Shown here piece after piece: positions 25,120 to 38,250 of a stretch of 64,000 nt of DNA. The position numbers and the translations under genes were made by a program. The DNA lies in contig OZ024744.1 of assembly GCA_964016885.1 (NCBI GenBank), forward strand, positions 96,224,001 through 96,288,000, given 5' to 3'. Position 1 is the first letter of the stretch. Each line of letters opens with the position of its first letter. The DNA comes from Eledone cirrhosa. Lineage: Eukaryota. Under the pieces are notes generated by a model that worked only from the letters and a program-made list of their open reading frames with translations, did no database searches and had not been told where the DNA came from.

Positions 25120-27856
25120 AATGGCATTAACGGGACTAGAACCCTCCATGGTGAAGGTATCGTGCCTGGCAGACATGGACCAGCCACCATGACGGAGGTG
25201 GAGTAAATAAGTAAATGTTGTGGTCATCCTGTAGATTAACATGAAGTCCCTCTCAAAGGATACTGACAACTAATGTATAAAAAATGGAGAGAAAGAGGCT
25301 TGGTTCAACTCACAGAGCAGAGGTTATGTGACTAAGTCAGAGGTTATGTGACTAAGTCAGAGCAATAAGAACAAATGATAGGTTGACAGAAGTGGAATTC
25401 GAAGCTATCAAAAGATGGGTATCAGGAAACAACAGTGTAAGAAATGGTGAAAATGAAGGTCTTACTGAGGAAAGGGAAACTACAGCCGGGGATAAAGGTG
25501 AAGAGATTTCTGGTAAGCCACAGAAACAGAGTAGAGATGGTTTGTTTGGTGAGAGAAATGTAGATGGTATGGAAGACAATGACATTAATTGTTTCTACGT
25601 TAGGCACAAGGCCAGCAATTACCCAGTGGTGCATTACTGGTACTTTATTTTATCGACCCCGTAAGGATGAAAGGCAAAGTTAACCTTGGCGGGATTTGAA
25701 CTCAGACATTGGAAGACAATGACATTAATGAAATCATGACAAGTGAACAGAAGGCAATATAGGACAGAATAAAGACAAGGTTACAGGAGGACAATAGGAA
25801 TCTTATTTGTAACCTAAAGATGGTTGACCAATGTAGGCTGAACCAAGAAACATATAAGGTGAACGATTTTCTGAAATACATCAAAACAAATAACACCACA
25901 GAAACAAATGACCTGATAAAGTCACAAGAATTTTTATAACAGGAATTTTGGGTGTAGATGTCAAAGCAAAGAATAACAATGATAAAGGAAAAAGAGCCAT
26001 GGTGGAAAAGGAGTATACTGGCCAGTATAGATACCCTATTGGAGGACATATCTGTCTTAGTCCGAAAAGAGAAGGGGGAAGCTTAGGAATGAAAAAGAAA
26101 ATACATAGCACTGGAAAGATAGTATGGTATTGCAAGAAAAGGGCCTAAAATTAGTAATGGAGGAACTGAAGTAACGTCTTGTAGCAAAAACATAAATAAA
26201 TAAATAAAAAGCAAAATTAGCTAGATAAAGAATAAAGCAATATCAGCAAAATAGACTATTCAGAGTAGACAATCAGATGTTACTGAGAAATAAATGGAGA
26301 GTGTACAGATGAAGTACAGATGGAGTAAAGAGAAGGAGCACAAGAAGGGCGCTGAATGATTAGAATAACTTAAACAAAGAACAGTTTTCCCACAACAGGC
26401 AGAACTAGTCATTTCAGTTAGGAATTTGAAGGAAGCCAGAAAAAAATATGAGCAGCTGGAAGTCTCCAAGACTAGATGGAGTTCAAGGCTACTAGATCAA
26501 AAGATTTAGCCAATACCATAAACGAATAACAGAACAACTCATTTCTAAATACAACTCATTTCTAAATACTGATCAAGTGATATCGAAGTGACTGACAAAA
26601 GGTAGGACAGTTTTTTGCTTAAAAAAATATTACTATAGGGAATATGGTAGACAACTATAGACCTATAACATGCCTACCACTTACGGGGGAATTATTGACT
26701 GGAATAATCGCAGAATCAATGTACAGGTATCTTGAAGAATAAGGAGCCTTACCAGATAAGCAGAAAGGGTGCAAGCGTAAGGGTAGAAGTAACAAGAACC
26801 AGCTTTTGATAGATAAAACAATACTTAAAGATAACATGAGGAGGAAAACCAACTTGACCATGGCGTGGATTGATTACCGCAAAGCCTATGACCTGATTCA
26901 GCATTCTTGGATTATGGAATGCTTTAACTTATTTGGTATTGCAAATCATTCTTAAGGAAATGTATGGAAGAGTGGAAAACTGAAGTAACAGCATATGGAA
27001 GAGATTTAGGAACAATAGAAATCAAGAGAGGTATATTCCAAGGGGACATCCTGTCACCACTGATGTTTGTACTGTGCATGATACCACTGACAATGATTTT
27101 GAGAAAAGCTAAGGCTGGGAAGGTATTCAAAGGTTGCCAGCAAAAAATCAACCACTTATTAATCATGGACGACCTCAAGCTTTATAATAAGAATGAATCA
27201 TACAGTGTATATTTTAGTACTGACATCAGAATGGAGTTAGGATTAAAAGTGGTGCGTGTTAATCTTGGACAGAGGCAAAATTAAAAGCATTGAGGGGTTG
27301 GTGCTGCCATCAGGAAAAGTTATGAAGCAAATAGAAGAGGAAGGTTATAAGTACTTAGGGATATTGGAAGTTGATGAGATAATGCAGGAGGAAATGAGAG
27401 AAAACTTTAAGGTAGAATACATGCACAGACTAAGACTTATTCTCGAGTCAAAACTGAATGGTCGGAATAAGATGGCAGCTATCAATACATGGGTGGTATC
27501 ACTCCTTAGATATGGGGCAGGGAGTGATCCCGTGGGCAGTGGAAGAACTAAACAGTTTAGACCGAAAGACAAGAAATATATTGACCAGATATGGGATATT
27601 TCACCCACAGAGCGACACAGACAAATTATATGTACCAAGAAAAAGAGGAGGAAGAGGACTGATGGGATGCGAAGACAACATTAGAACAGAAGAAAATAAC
27701 ATGGCGAGGTACATAAACATTTCCACAGAACCACTGTTGCTGGAAATATGGTATGGGCTGCGCAAAATAGAACATTGCAAAGAAAACACACACGCACACA
27801 CACGCGCACACAGACAGACACAGACAGACACAGACAGACACAGACAGACACAGACA

Positions 27857-27913
<57 letters not shown>

Positions 27914-28805
27914 CAAGCATTTGAAGATGAAACTGAAAGTAGATGGACAGAAAAAAGAATGTATGGACAATTCCATAGAGATGTTGAAGATAGGACAGCC
28001 AGAGAAAAAAAGGTGGTTAGGATGGCTAAAAGTGATCTAAAACCGGAAACAAAATCCCTTAATCTGTGCTGCCCCAGAACAAACACTAAGAACTAAGAAA
28101 CATAGAGTAGACCACACAGCAGAAAGTGATAAGTGTAGAATTTGTGGCATGAATGGAGAAACTATATGGCATATTACCATACCAGCCAATGTACATCACT
28201 AACTCAAAAAGAATATTAGAGACGACATGACAACATAGCAAGGATAGTCCATCGGGTACTTTGTGGCAAATATGCACTTGGCAGAACAGAAAAAAATACA
28301 AACATAACCCCGTGAGCGTTATTGAAAATGATGATGCAAAAATTCCTGTGGGACTTTGTGATACAGTGTAACCATGAGGTTACATAGAAGACCAGATATT
28401 GTATTAATTGAGAAAGAAAGTCAACAATGTTGGATCATAGATCAAAGCCTGTCCTGTTGATAACAAGGTATACGATAAAGAAAGTAAAAAAACAACGCCA
28501 ACAAAAATTGATAGATATCGCAGGTTAGCTTGGGAGGTTAAGCAGTTGTAGTCACTGAAAAAGGTGATGGTAATACCAACAATAGTTGGAGTCTTGGGAA
28601 GAGTGAGTAAAGTTCTTGAGAAGTACATTAAATAAATAGTGATTGTAATACAGATGGAACACTTACAAAAAACAGCATTGATTGGAACAGTTCGAATACT
28701 CTGGAGGGTACTCGAAAAATAAGGGGTATTACTTCAGTTCACTATTAGTGAACAGCTAACACTGTAATACATCTCCAGTGTTAGAAGCTGACCGAAGAAA
28801 CAACA
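25120..28805 (+). mobile_element. Near full-length, heavily mutated R4/Dong-like LINE
   Basis: [46 protein letters not shown] and PD motifs across broken frames. A (CA)/(CAGA) expansion sits at 27785-27910. Confidence 0.85.
25588..25709 (-). mobile_element. 5'-truncated SINE with 20-bp TSD
   Basis: tggaagacaatgacattaat at 25570-25589 and 25710-25729. Confidence 0.9.
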
Positions 28806-28807
28806 TT

Positions 28808-29425
28808 AATAATAATTGTTTCTACTTTTGGCACAAGGCCAGCAATTATCCCAGTACATTACTGGTACTTTATTTTATCTACCCCGTAGGGATGAAAGGC
28901 AAAGTGAACCTCGGCGGGATTTGAACTCAGAATGGGAAAGGCTGTAACTCTTTGCGTCAAAGCATGGCGTCCGACTCTCTACCGATACTGCCATCCACCG
29001 CCATTAATAATAATGGTTTCTGATTTAGGCACAAGGTCAGCAATTACCCAGAACATTACTGGTACTTTATTTTATCGACCCCGTAAGGATGAAAGGCAAA
29101 GTCAACCTTGGCGGGATTTGAACTCAGATCGTAAAGGGACGTAACTATGCTGGAAAGCATGGCGTCCGACCCTCTACCGATACTGCCAATCCACCGCCAT
29201 TAATAATAATGGTTTCTGATTTAGGCACAAGGCCAGCAATTTTGGGGGGAGGGGGATGTCGATGAAATTGACCCCAGTGCATTACTGGTGCTTTATTTAT
29301 CGACCCCGTAAGGATGAAAGGCAAAGTTAACCTCGGCGGGATTTGAACTCAGAATGTAAAGGGCCATAACTCTATGCTGCAAAGCAAGGTGCCTGACGTT
29401 CTACCGATACTGCCAAACCAGCACC
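28808..29425 (-). mobile_element. Three head-to-tail SINEs
   Basis: Units ~28810-29002, 29003-29198 and 29200-29425 are separated by attaataataat. Confidence 0.9.
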
Positions 29426-29427
29426 CT

Positions 29428-29789
29428 AATAATAATAATGATTTCTTTATTAACCACAAGGGTTTACATAAAGTAGACATTAAGGACAGTGCAGGACAAT
29501 GCAGGACGGTACAAATGGGCATTTCTGCGTGTAAAAAAACAAAAACAGAGGATGTAACAAAAAATAACAATGAAAAATTCCCCAATAGGGGGGGAGACTT
29601 CGGAGGGACATTTGTGGAGAAAGCCCAGTAAAAAGCCACAATGACCCTGACCACCAAGGCAAGTGCCCTCTCCCAGTTTTCCACCTTTAATTTACAGATA
29701 TATACTCAGAGTAGGCCCATTCACTCGGGCCATTCTTGCTTCTCTCACCCATCTTTCAACAAAATGCTGGGAAGAGAGCACTTCCCTCT

Positions 29790-29790
<1 letters not shown>
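29428..29790 (-). mobile_element. 5'-truncated Tx1-like copy (3' UTR + last codons)
   Basis: Near-identical to 29855-30197. Confidence 0.9.
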
Positions 29791-29840
<50 letters not shown>

Positions 29841-30097
29841 ATAATAATAATAATGTTTTCTTTATTAACCACAAGGGTTCACATAAAGTAGACATTAAGG
29901 ACAGTACAGGACAATACAGGACGGTACAAATGGGCATTTCTGCGTGTAAAAAAACAGAGGTTGAAATAAAATAACAAAGAAAAATTCCCCAATAGGGGGG
30001 AGACTTCCAAGGGACATTTGTGGAGAAAGCCCATTAAAAGACCACAGTGGCCCTGACCACCAGGGCAAGTGCCCTCTCCCAGTTTTCCACCTTTAAT

Positions 30098-33000
30098 TTA
30101 CAGATACATACTCAGAGAAGGCCCATTCATTCGGGCCATACTTGCTTCTCTCACCCATCTTTCAACAAAATGCTGGGAAGAGAGCACTTCCCTCTCTACC
30201 CTGATTTTCCTTTTCAAATGAAATTTGAAAAAGTTAATCAGGGCATCACCGAAGAGGTAAGTGCTCGTCTTCAGCCCTTTCAAACGTATCCACCATACTA
30301 TCTCTTTCGCCATGGCCACCAGACAGATAAAAACTGCCTGCCCTTCCAGGCTAAAGGAAGGGGGCGGGGCAATCCTCACGATGGACTCAGCTGATAGCTG
30401 GATCCGTCCTACACGTGACAGCAGGTGTTCGACATAAACCCACAAGTCAGCAATGCTCGGACACTGGACGAGTGCGTGCAGGACGGTTTCGTCGCCCTGC
30501 GCGCATCTCGGACATGCCCGGCTGACGGCACCTCCATGCCTGTAGAGTTTATCCCGAACTGGCAAAGCTCCTCGGTAGCACTGCCAGGCCAGGGATTTCT
30601 GGAAGTTGTCCATAGGCCCCGGCCCGAAAGTCCTTCCGAAGAGATTGGCTAGTTGATTTTCGTCGACGCCTAGAGTTTCTCCAAGTACGTCGTCGCTCTT
30701 CCCCTCCACTAATCCCCTATAGAACGCCAAGGTGGAGTTTCCACCGATCACATTGCCCGATTGGTCGAGGGCTGTGAGCGCCTGAAGACATTCCTGTCTC
30801 CAAGCGCTCCTTCTCGGTCTTCGCTTGACCCAGGACTGCAGCTCCGCCAAGGAGACGAGCTGGGGAAAAACGTGTCTTGCAAACGGCGACCACACCTGAT
30901 CACCGTCGAGGAAGAGGTGGAGATGTCGTAGCCTGAGCGCGTGTCTGCGAATCATCAGCCACGGCATGCCCAGCCCTCCACGTAGCGGGTGTTGACAGCA
31001 GATGGACCGCCTGACCATCGGAGCGCGTCCCTTCCACAAGAAGCGAAAGAGCAAACGCTCCAGCGCAGTCAGGCGGGGCTTAGGACAAGGTACGACGGTC
31101 AGGCGGTAGTAGATGACGGATGCGATGTACGCATTCGCCACCTCCGCTCGACCTTTCAGGGATAGCTTCCTCTCGGCCCATTTCTGGGTGAGAGAAGCCA
31201 CCCTGCTCGTCACCTCGTCCCAGTTTTTGTCCGTCTGGAGGTCTGGACCGAACCAGACCCCTAGCAATTTAACCGGTCCGTCCGTCCAGCGCCCGACGAC
31301 GCTGTTGGACGGCATGGACCTGCCTCTCCAGGTGCCGAGCTGCAGGCCCACTGACTTTTCCTGGTTGATCATTGCTCCTGTCACCGCTTCGTATTCTCTT
31401 AGTGTAGTGCCGATCGCCTCGATGTGTTTGGCGTTCGACACCACTACGGTGACATCGTCGGCATATGCTGACACGGATCTTCCGCATCCTAGTTCGCGCG
31501 GGACCCCCCTCAACGTCTCCAGTTTGTGCAGTAATGGCTCGAGAGTCAATACGTACAATAGGGACGAGAGGGGACATCCTTGGCGGACCGAGCGCATGAT
31601 GTTGAACGGTTCCGAAAGGTGACCGTTCACTCTCACTACAGAGCAGATGTCGCTGTGCATGGCAGCGATCCAGCCTCTGAAGACGGGCCCAAAGCCAGCC
31701 GCCCTCAGGACTGCCGCTAGGTAACGATGGTCGACCCTATCGAAGGCTTTCGACTGATCTAAATTGATCAAAGACCCACCCGTGCCAGGTTCCCTAGCTA
31801 CCCTCTCTACGATGTATCGCATGAGGTGGAGGTTGTCGTGGATGGATCTGTCGGGAATGGCGCATGTCTGTGCCTCTCCCACCAGACCACCAACGACAAG
31901 CGCCAACCTCTTTGCTAGCACCTTGGCCAAAATCTTGAACTCTGTGTTTAGCAGAGTTATGGGCCTAAAATTATCTATGTTATCCCCCTTGTTCGGATCC
32001 TTTCTCAGCAGCGCCACCGCTCCTCGGCTCACAGAGCTGGGAATTCTCCCGTTCTGTTGCCAGTTGCAGTAGACGTCCGCCAAGAGGCCTCCGAACAAGT
32101 TTGGCATTTGTACGTAAAGTTCATAGGGCAGACCATCCAAACCAGGCGATTTACCCCTTGTGCAACTAGTCATTGCATCCCGTACTTCAGCGGTTGTTAT
32201 CGGCTTTTCGCAACACTCCGCCTCAGTGGCCGAAAGCCGCGGCAGTCCGTCGAGGTAGACACTAAAGTCCATCCCTCGATCCGGCCCGCCACTGCCCCCG
32301 AACAGTTGAGCGAAGTGTCGCTGAAAAGCTTCACACATTTGCCAGGGATCGAGTAGCATGCGCCCGTCGTGGTCCACCAAAGACCGGATCGTGGCTTTGT
32401 TGCCACGACGCGCATCCGCCACTCGGGCCCATTGAACGGCTTTCGTCCCCTCGTGTCTGAGAGCACGCACCCTAGCTCTGACAACGCAGCCTTCGTGCTT
32501 TGCATTGAAGAATTGGTCAAGGGCCAATTTCGCTGCAAGTACGTCGGTCGCGATGCCTTTGCTAAGCACCTCATCTAATTTTCTAACTAATTCTCCCTCT
32601 GCTCTATTTTTCTCTATTGCTAAAGCCTTACTAAACCTAATGGACTCTATTCTAATTGCTCTTTTCAGAGCAAACCACCACTTGTTGTTGACGATGGCCA
32701 CCGTCAACGCCCGCTTAACTAGTTCGCTAATCCGGTCTCTGTAGGCCTTGCGCGCTGGTAAGGACGCGTTTAACTTCCAGTAGCCGGGTCCTCGTCTATG
32801 AAGCCTATCTAAGTCAAGCACACAGATCACGAATTTGTGGTCCGTGTAGCTGACTATCTTGAATTGTGGACAGCCTATGCTAGACCTATCTATTTCCCTA
32901 CAAAATACTCTATCTAGATATGATCTGGATGACCCTATGCGATTTGTCCAAGTCCACATTGGTGCATTCGGGAAATCCATTCGGTACCTGTCAGACAGTT

Positions 33001-33517
33001 CAAAACGTCTGAGCAGGTTGGTGAGACTCTTGCACCCTCCTTCCCTATCCACTAATCCCACACAATCCCAGCGTGCATCTAAGATCCCGTTCCAGTCGCC
33101 CACTAACACTAAAGAGCGGGACGTTCCAAGAAAGGTCTCCAGACGCCGGAAGAAATCAGGCCGCCCTGCTCCTGTCGGGGCATAGACGGCCACTAACCTG
33201 AAAGCTTGCCCGTCTCCGCTGGTCACGTCCAGCACCACCAACTTACCTTCTGGGTCCAGGAAGATGGCTCGTATGGCAAGATCCAAACCTCTCCGAAAAA
33301 GCACAGCAACTCCTCCCCCCGATCCCGGACGGCTGGGAGATGCGTACACATCGTAGCCGCCGAAGATCGGTGCGAAAGCCTGTGCTTCGGAGATTCTGGT
33401 CTCGCTGATGGCCACTACATCTATGTTTAGTGACCTAAGGTCGTTGAGCAGGTAGCCCTGCTTCTAAGACGACCCCAAGCCACGCGCATTTATGCTGCCT
33501 ATTCTGAGTGAGGTCAT
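30098..33517 (-). CDS. ORF2: APE endonuclease + reverse transcriptase + CCHC (one in-frame TAG at codon 18)
   Basis: MTSLRIGSINARGL, ISET, VYAP, GDWN, SYLDR, TDH, KSPGLDG, FRPITLLN, QGCPLS, YADD and CPRC..ETVLHALVQC. Confidence 0.9.
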
Positions 33518-33551
33518 GTTGAAAAGGAGTGGAAAAGATGGGAAAGACCAC

Positions 33552-35545
33552 TTACCTTACTTCTCGTAGGGGAAGGACGGCTTTTCCATCCTTTTCACTG
33601 CTTGTGGCCTCCTCAGGAAGGATGTCCTTATAAATCCTCCTGGAGAGTGCTTGTCGGAAGTCTCCGATGTCTTTGGGGAATTTTTGTTTTAGTGTCATGT
33701 ACGTTTTCTGTGTGATGCGAGTGATTTGTATGTGTGGAGGTGGTGTGAATTTTGGGGTTGTTGTGTAGTCTTTTTCTGTGATGCTGGTGTTGTGTTGGAT
33801 GTAGTGTAATAATTGGTTGTTGTTCAAATTTAATGCTGTGTAGTGTGTATCGTTTTGGTTGTTTTGTTTTGTTTGCGTTTGTTGTGGGTTTGTTTCTGTT
33901 TCGCATTTTGGTGACTTTTGTGGTGTAGGTGATGGTGGTGTTGGAGTTAATGATGGTGATGGTGTTGGTGTTTGGGTTGATGGGGTTGGTGATGCTGGTG
34001 TGGATGGTGGCATATCTGTCCTAACATTTTTGTTTCTTAGTTTATTTGTTTCCCTCTGTATTTTGTTTTTGGAGGGGGAAGGAAGAGAATTTTTTCTTTT
34101 TTGGTTTCTTTTTTTTTTCCGGATATCGTTTCCCACTCCTCGTCGTCACAATCTGTCTCCAGTTGTGATAGGCCGGGGAGTGGAAAATCCTCCACAGGCG
34201 TTAGTTTTGGTTGTGTCGTGGTGGATGGTGTAGGCGCTGGTGCTAGTTCTGAAGCGTTGGGTGGTGGTGGTGTTGGTTTTGCTGGTGGTGGTGGTGGTGG
34301 TGGTTTTGCTACTGTTGCTAGGGTTGTTGCTGTTATAGTTGCTTCTGTTGTTGCTGCTACAGTTGTTGCTGCCATCTCTGCTACTGGTCGTGTTGATGGT
34401 TGTGTCACTGGGGTGGGTAGGAGAGGTGGCCTCAACCTTTTAGCCTGAGGGCAGAAAGCCCTTAGGTGGGTTCCTTCACCACAAACGACACACCTAGGTC
34501 TTCTGCCCTCGACAATTACCGTGAGGTGGCTCCCGTCAGTGAGGTCTATTACCTCTGGGATCTCCTCAATGCTTTTTTGGTCCGCTTGGATCAGGAGCTC
34601 CATCCCAGATCCGGACCAGTTCTCCTGCTTTTCTTTTGCTATTGCTATTATTTTCGTGTTGGCTTCGATGCCGGCGAGGACGGCCGCTATTAGCCAGGGA
34701 ATTTCGATGGCCCGTGGAACGTGGGTCACCCTGATCTTTACGAGTCTCTGGCCACAATAGCTTGGGACGAGTGTGAAGTCGTCACTTCTTAATGGGGCCA
34801 CGGAGTGTTCTCTAGCCTCCTCTGGTGTTTCAAAGAACACGTCCACGGTTCCATACTTTTGCCCACGTCTGATGTGGGTTTTTCTTGCCCACACATGTCC
34901 CAAAGCTTTTTGGATTTGGGACTCGGATGCCCGTTCCACTCGGCGCGATTTTACATTTATTGTTCTATACGACACGGTGCATAGGCGCCGATGCTCCACT
35001 TTATTAGGTGGGGAGGGTGAGGCTGACCCTGTACCCATCTTCTTTACCATTTGTTTGGCATTTTCTAAATCCTCCTGAGTTACCGTAAATGCTTCGAACT
35101 GTTTTGCTACTCTGGCGAAACTGAGGGGTTTTTTTATAATGTCATTGTTGTTGTTGTTGCTATCGTTATTTGTGTTAATATTAATTTTAGTTTCAGTTGT
35201 GGTGGTGGTGACGTCAGTTGTCTTTGGTGGGGAAGAGTCCATTTTGCTTGATTTCATTTCGACATCACGAGTTAATTTATTTTTTTCTTCTTTTGTTTCT
35301 GTTGTCGCGGTGGTGGTGGGGGTGGTGGTTGTCGCGGTGGTGGTGGTGGTGGAGGATTTAACACCTGCAGTCATTGGTAATGGCGGGAAATGAATGTCTG
35401 CCTGAGACAAATTTAAAATATTGCTACTGCTTATATTTTTTGTCGTGTTGGCATACGTAGTAACATTTACAATGGTGGTGTCGGTGTGAGGTGTTAATTT
35501 GTGAGGAAGGCTTTCAGCTGCTTGGTGCAGAGGTGAATTAGCCAT
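33552..35545 (-). CDS. ORF1: RRM-like + single CCHC zinc knuckle + Pro/Thr-rich tail (frameshift in A-run ~34110)
   Basis: CVVCGEGTHLRAFC knuckle. ORFs 34037-35545 and 33552-34136 join at the poly-A run, supported by the homolog in the second copy. Confidence 0.75.
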
Positions 35546-35754
35546 TTTTTTTCAAAGAAATTTTTTGATAATAATAAAGGTTTAAATTTTGGGCACAAGG
35601 CCCCAATCTTTTTGGGTGTCCTTTTCGGAAAACAATGTATGTGCGCTTATATATGGTTAACAATAAAAATTTTCCATAAATGGCAATTTTTAACAAACGG
35701 AAATAACAAACCTTTGCGGAGCTCACGATGATACGATTTACTACGTAGGTCGCC

Positions 35755-35782
<28 letters not shown>

Positions 35783-35785
<3 letters not shown>

Positions 35786-38232
35786 GGAAATATAACAGTT
35801 GAACAGTTGCGCTTGGCTCTAAGAAAAACCAGCAAATGGAAATCCCCAGGAAAAGACAAAATACAAAATTTTTGGATAAATGCCTTCACAGAGTCTCATG
35901 AGCTGTTAGCACAACTTTACAATGAAATAGTTAAGGAGCCAGAAAAGATACCATCATGGCTAGTTATCGGCATTACATTCCTGCTTCCGAAGAATGATGA
36001 GACAAACAATCCCCCAAATTACAGACCGATAACTTGCTTGACCACAAGGTATAAAATTTTAACATCAGTCCTAACTGAATACACATATGACCACCTGATA
36101 ACAAATGACCTATTTTCCATTGAGCAGAAAGGATGTAAACGAGGCTCATATGGCTGTAAGGATCAGCTTTTGGTTAACAAAATGATACTGGAAGATTGTC
36201 ATAATAGACACAAAAATCTATCGATTGCTTGGATAGATTATAAAAAAGCATTCGATAGTTTGCCACACAGTTGGATTGAAAAATGTTTAGAGATTTTCAA
36301 AATATCCCCCGTTGTCAGGAGGTTTTTGTCATTCAGTATGAAGACATGGAAAACGACACTCCTTTTGAATAGTGAAACAAAATCACTGGAAGCTGGAGAA
36401 GTTGATATTAATTGTGGAATTTTTCAGGGTGACTCTTTATCACCGCTTTTATTCTGCATCGCACTTATACCATTAAGTAAAATGCTCAATGAAACAAAAC
36501 ATGAATATAAAGTCTATGACAAAACCATTAATCACTTGTTCTACATGGATGACCTGAAACTATTTGCAAAAAATGATGAACAATTGCAAGGGCTATTATC
36601 CACTGTGGAGCAGTTCAGTGATGACATTAAAATGGAGTTTGGACTAGATAAATGCGCCAAAGCAACGTTCACCAGAGGAAAGCTGCTGAAGAGTTCGGAC
36701 ATTAATCTTGATCGGGGGACCGTGATAAGAGAACTTGATCAAGAAAAAACTTACAAATATCTAGGTGTTTGTGAAGGAGACGGAATCAAGCACTCGACAA
36801 TGAGGGAAAGGATAAGGAAGGAATGTTACCGCAGAGTAAGAGCAATCTTAAGAACGGAATTGAATGCAAGGAATAGGATCGATGCCATAAACACGCTTGC
36901 CATACCAGTAGTAACCTACAGTTACAATGTCATCAACTGGTCAAGCACAGAGATCCGTAGGCTCGATACAAACATTCGAAAATTCTTAACCATGCACAGA
37001 ATGCATCACCCTAAGGCAGATATAGATAGAATATATCTCCCTAGGAAAGAAGGAGGACGTGGGTTAATCCAGTTAGACATTGCGTTGAAAACTGCAACAA
37101 TTGGAATATCTACATATCTAAGGGAATCACATGATTGGATGATCAAACTCGTTTTGAAACACGAAAGCATCAAAAGATCATATTCCATTACAAAAGATGC
37201 ACAAAGATACAGTAATGGACTACAAATTTCAGAAGTCCCATTTACTGCTGAAATGGAAAACACAGAAAAAGCAAAGCAGGTAAAAGTAACTGCAAAGAAA
37301 GAACTGCTACAGAAACTGGCTAAGAAATGGCAAGAAAAGCCTCTGTATGGAAAATACCCAGAGCGAGCAAATAATCCTGATGTTGACAAAACTTTAACCC
37401 ATCAGTGGTTGGCATCCTCTGGACTGAAATCGGAGACTGAAGGACTGATTATATCAGCACAAGATCAGTGTCTGCCAACAAAAAATTACCAAGCCAACAT
37501 AAAAATGGATGCAGCCCATTATGCCGTGTATGAAAAAACAACCAGAGACCATTGACCATATAATTTCAATGTACAGTCCTATAGCTCCAACCGAATACCT
37601 AAACAGGCATGACAGAGCTGCACAATACATACATTGGATAATGTGTAAGCATTTTGACCTGCCCCATCAAAAGAATTGGTGGGAGCATCAACCACCTCCC
37701 ATACTTGAAAAAGATCACATCTCAATCTTGTGGAACTTTAGCTTCCAAACAGACCGAAAAATAGATGCAAATAGACCTGATATAATATTGAAGGACTTTA
37801 AAAAGAGTGTATGCCTGCTAATTGATATGTCTGTTCCAATAGACAAGAATGTATCTATAAAGACATTTGAAAAATTGAGCAAGTATAAGGACCTGGAGAT
37901 AGAAATTGGAAAAATGTGGAAATTGAGAACTAAAACAATACCAGTGGTTGTAAGCGCTCTGGGAATGACAACTAAGGGGTCTAATGATTACTTATCGCAA
38001 ATCCCAGGAAACCCGCGTATAGGAGAAATACAAACGATAGTACTAATGGGAACTGCCCATATACTAAGGAAGATTCTGTCAATATAAGTACATCACAAGT
38101 CTAAACACTAAAGATGCATGTGTGAGTATGTATGTTCTTTCTTGAACATGGCGGACCTTGTTGTCTCTTGAGGTCACTGCTTGTGACTTGGTGATAACTC
38201 GTATGAACATAAAGCAAGATAAATGCAACTGT
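35783..38232 (+). mobile_element. 5'-truncated young R4/Dong-like LINE
   Basis: RT ORF 35783-37555 and RLE ORF 37509-38087, nearly identical to 42333-44790. (TAA)n on both sides. Confidence 0.95.
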
Positions 38233-38250
38233 AATAATAATAATAATAAT

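Larger units (their letters stand above)
29855..35755 (-). mobile_element. Full-length Tx1/L1-clade LINE in (TAA)n
   Basis: Two-ORF structure, (ATT)n at both ends and an AATAAA-containing tail. Confidence 0.9.

Noticed and set aside
25140-25285. Possible HDV-like ribozyme in the leader of the older Dong copy
   Set aside because: A hairpin (cctccatggtg/caccatgacggagg) is visible, but P1-P3 could not be assembled convincingly.
35570-35620. SINE-tail-like ggcacaaggcc in the Tx1 5' UTR
   Set aside because: The match is short and sits in a homopolymer-rich, possibly low-quality segment, which is insufficient evidence.
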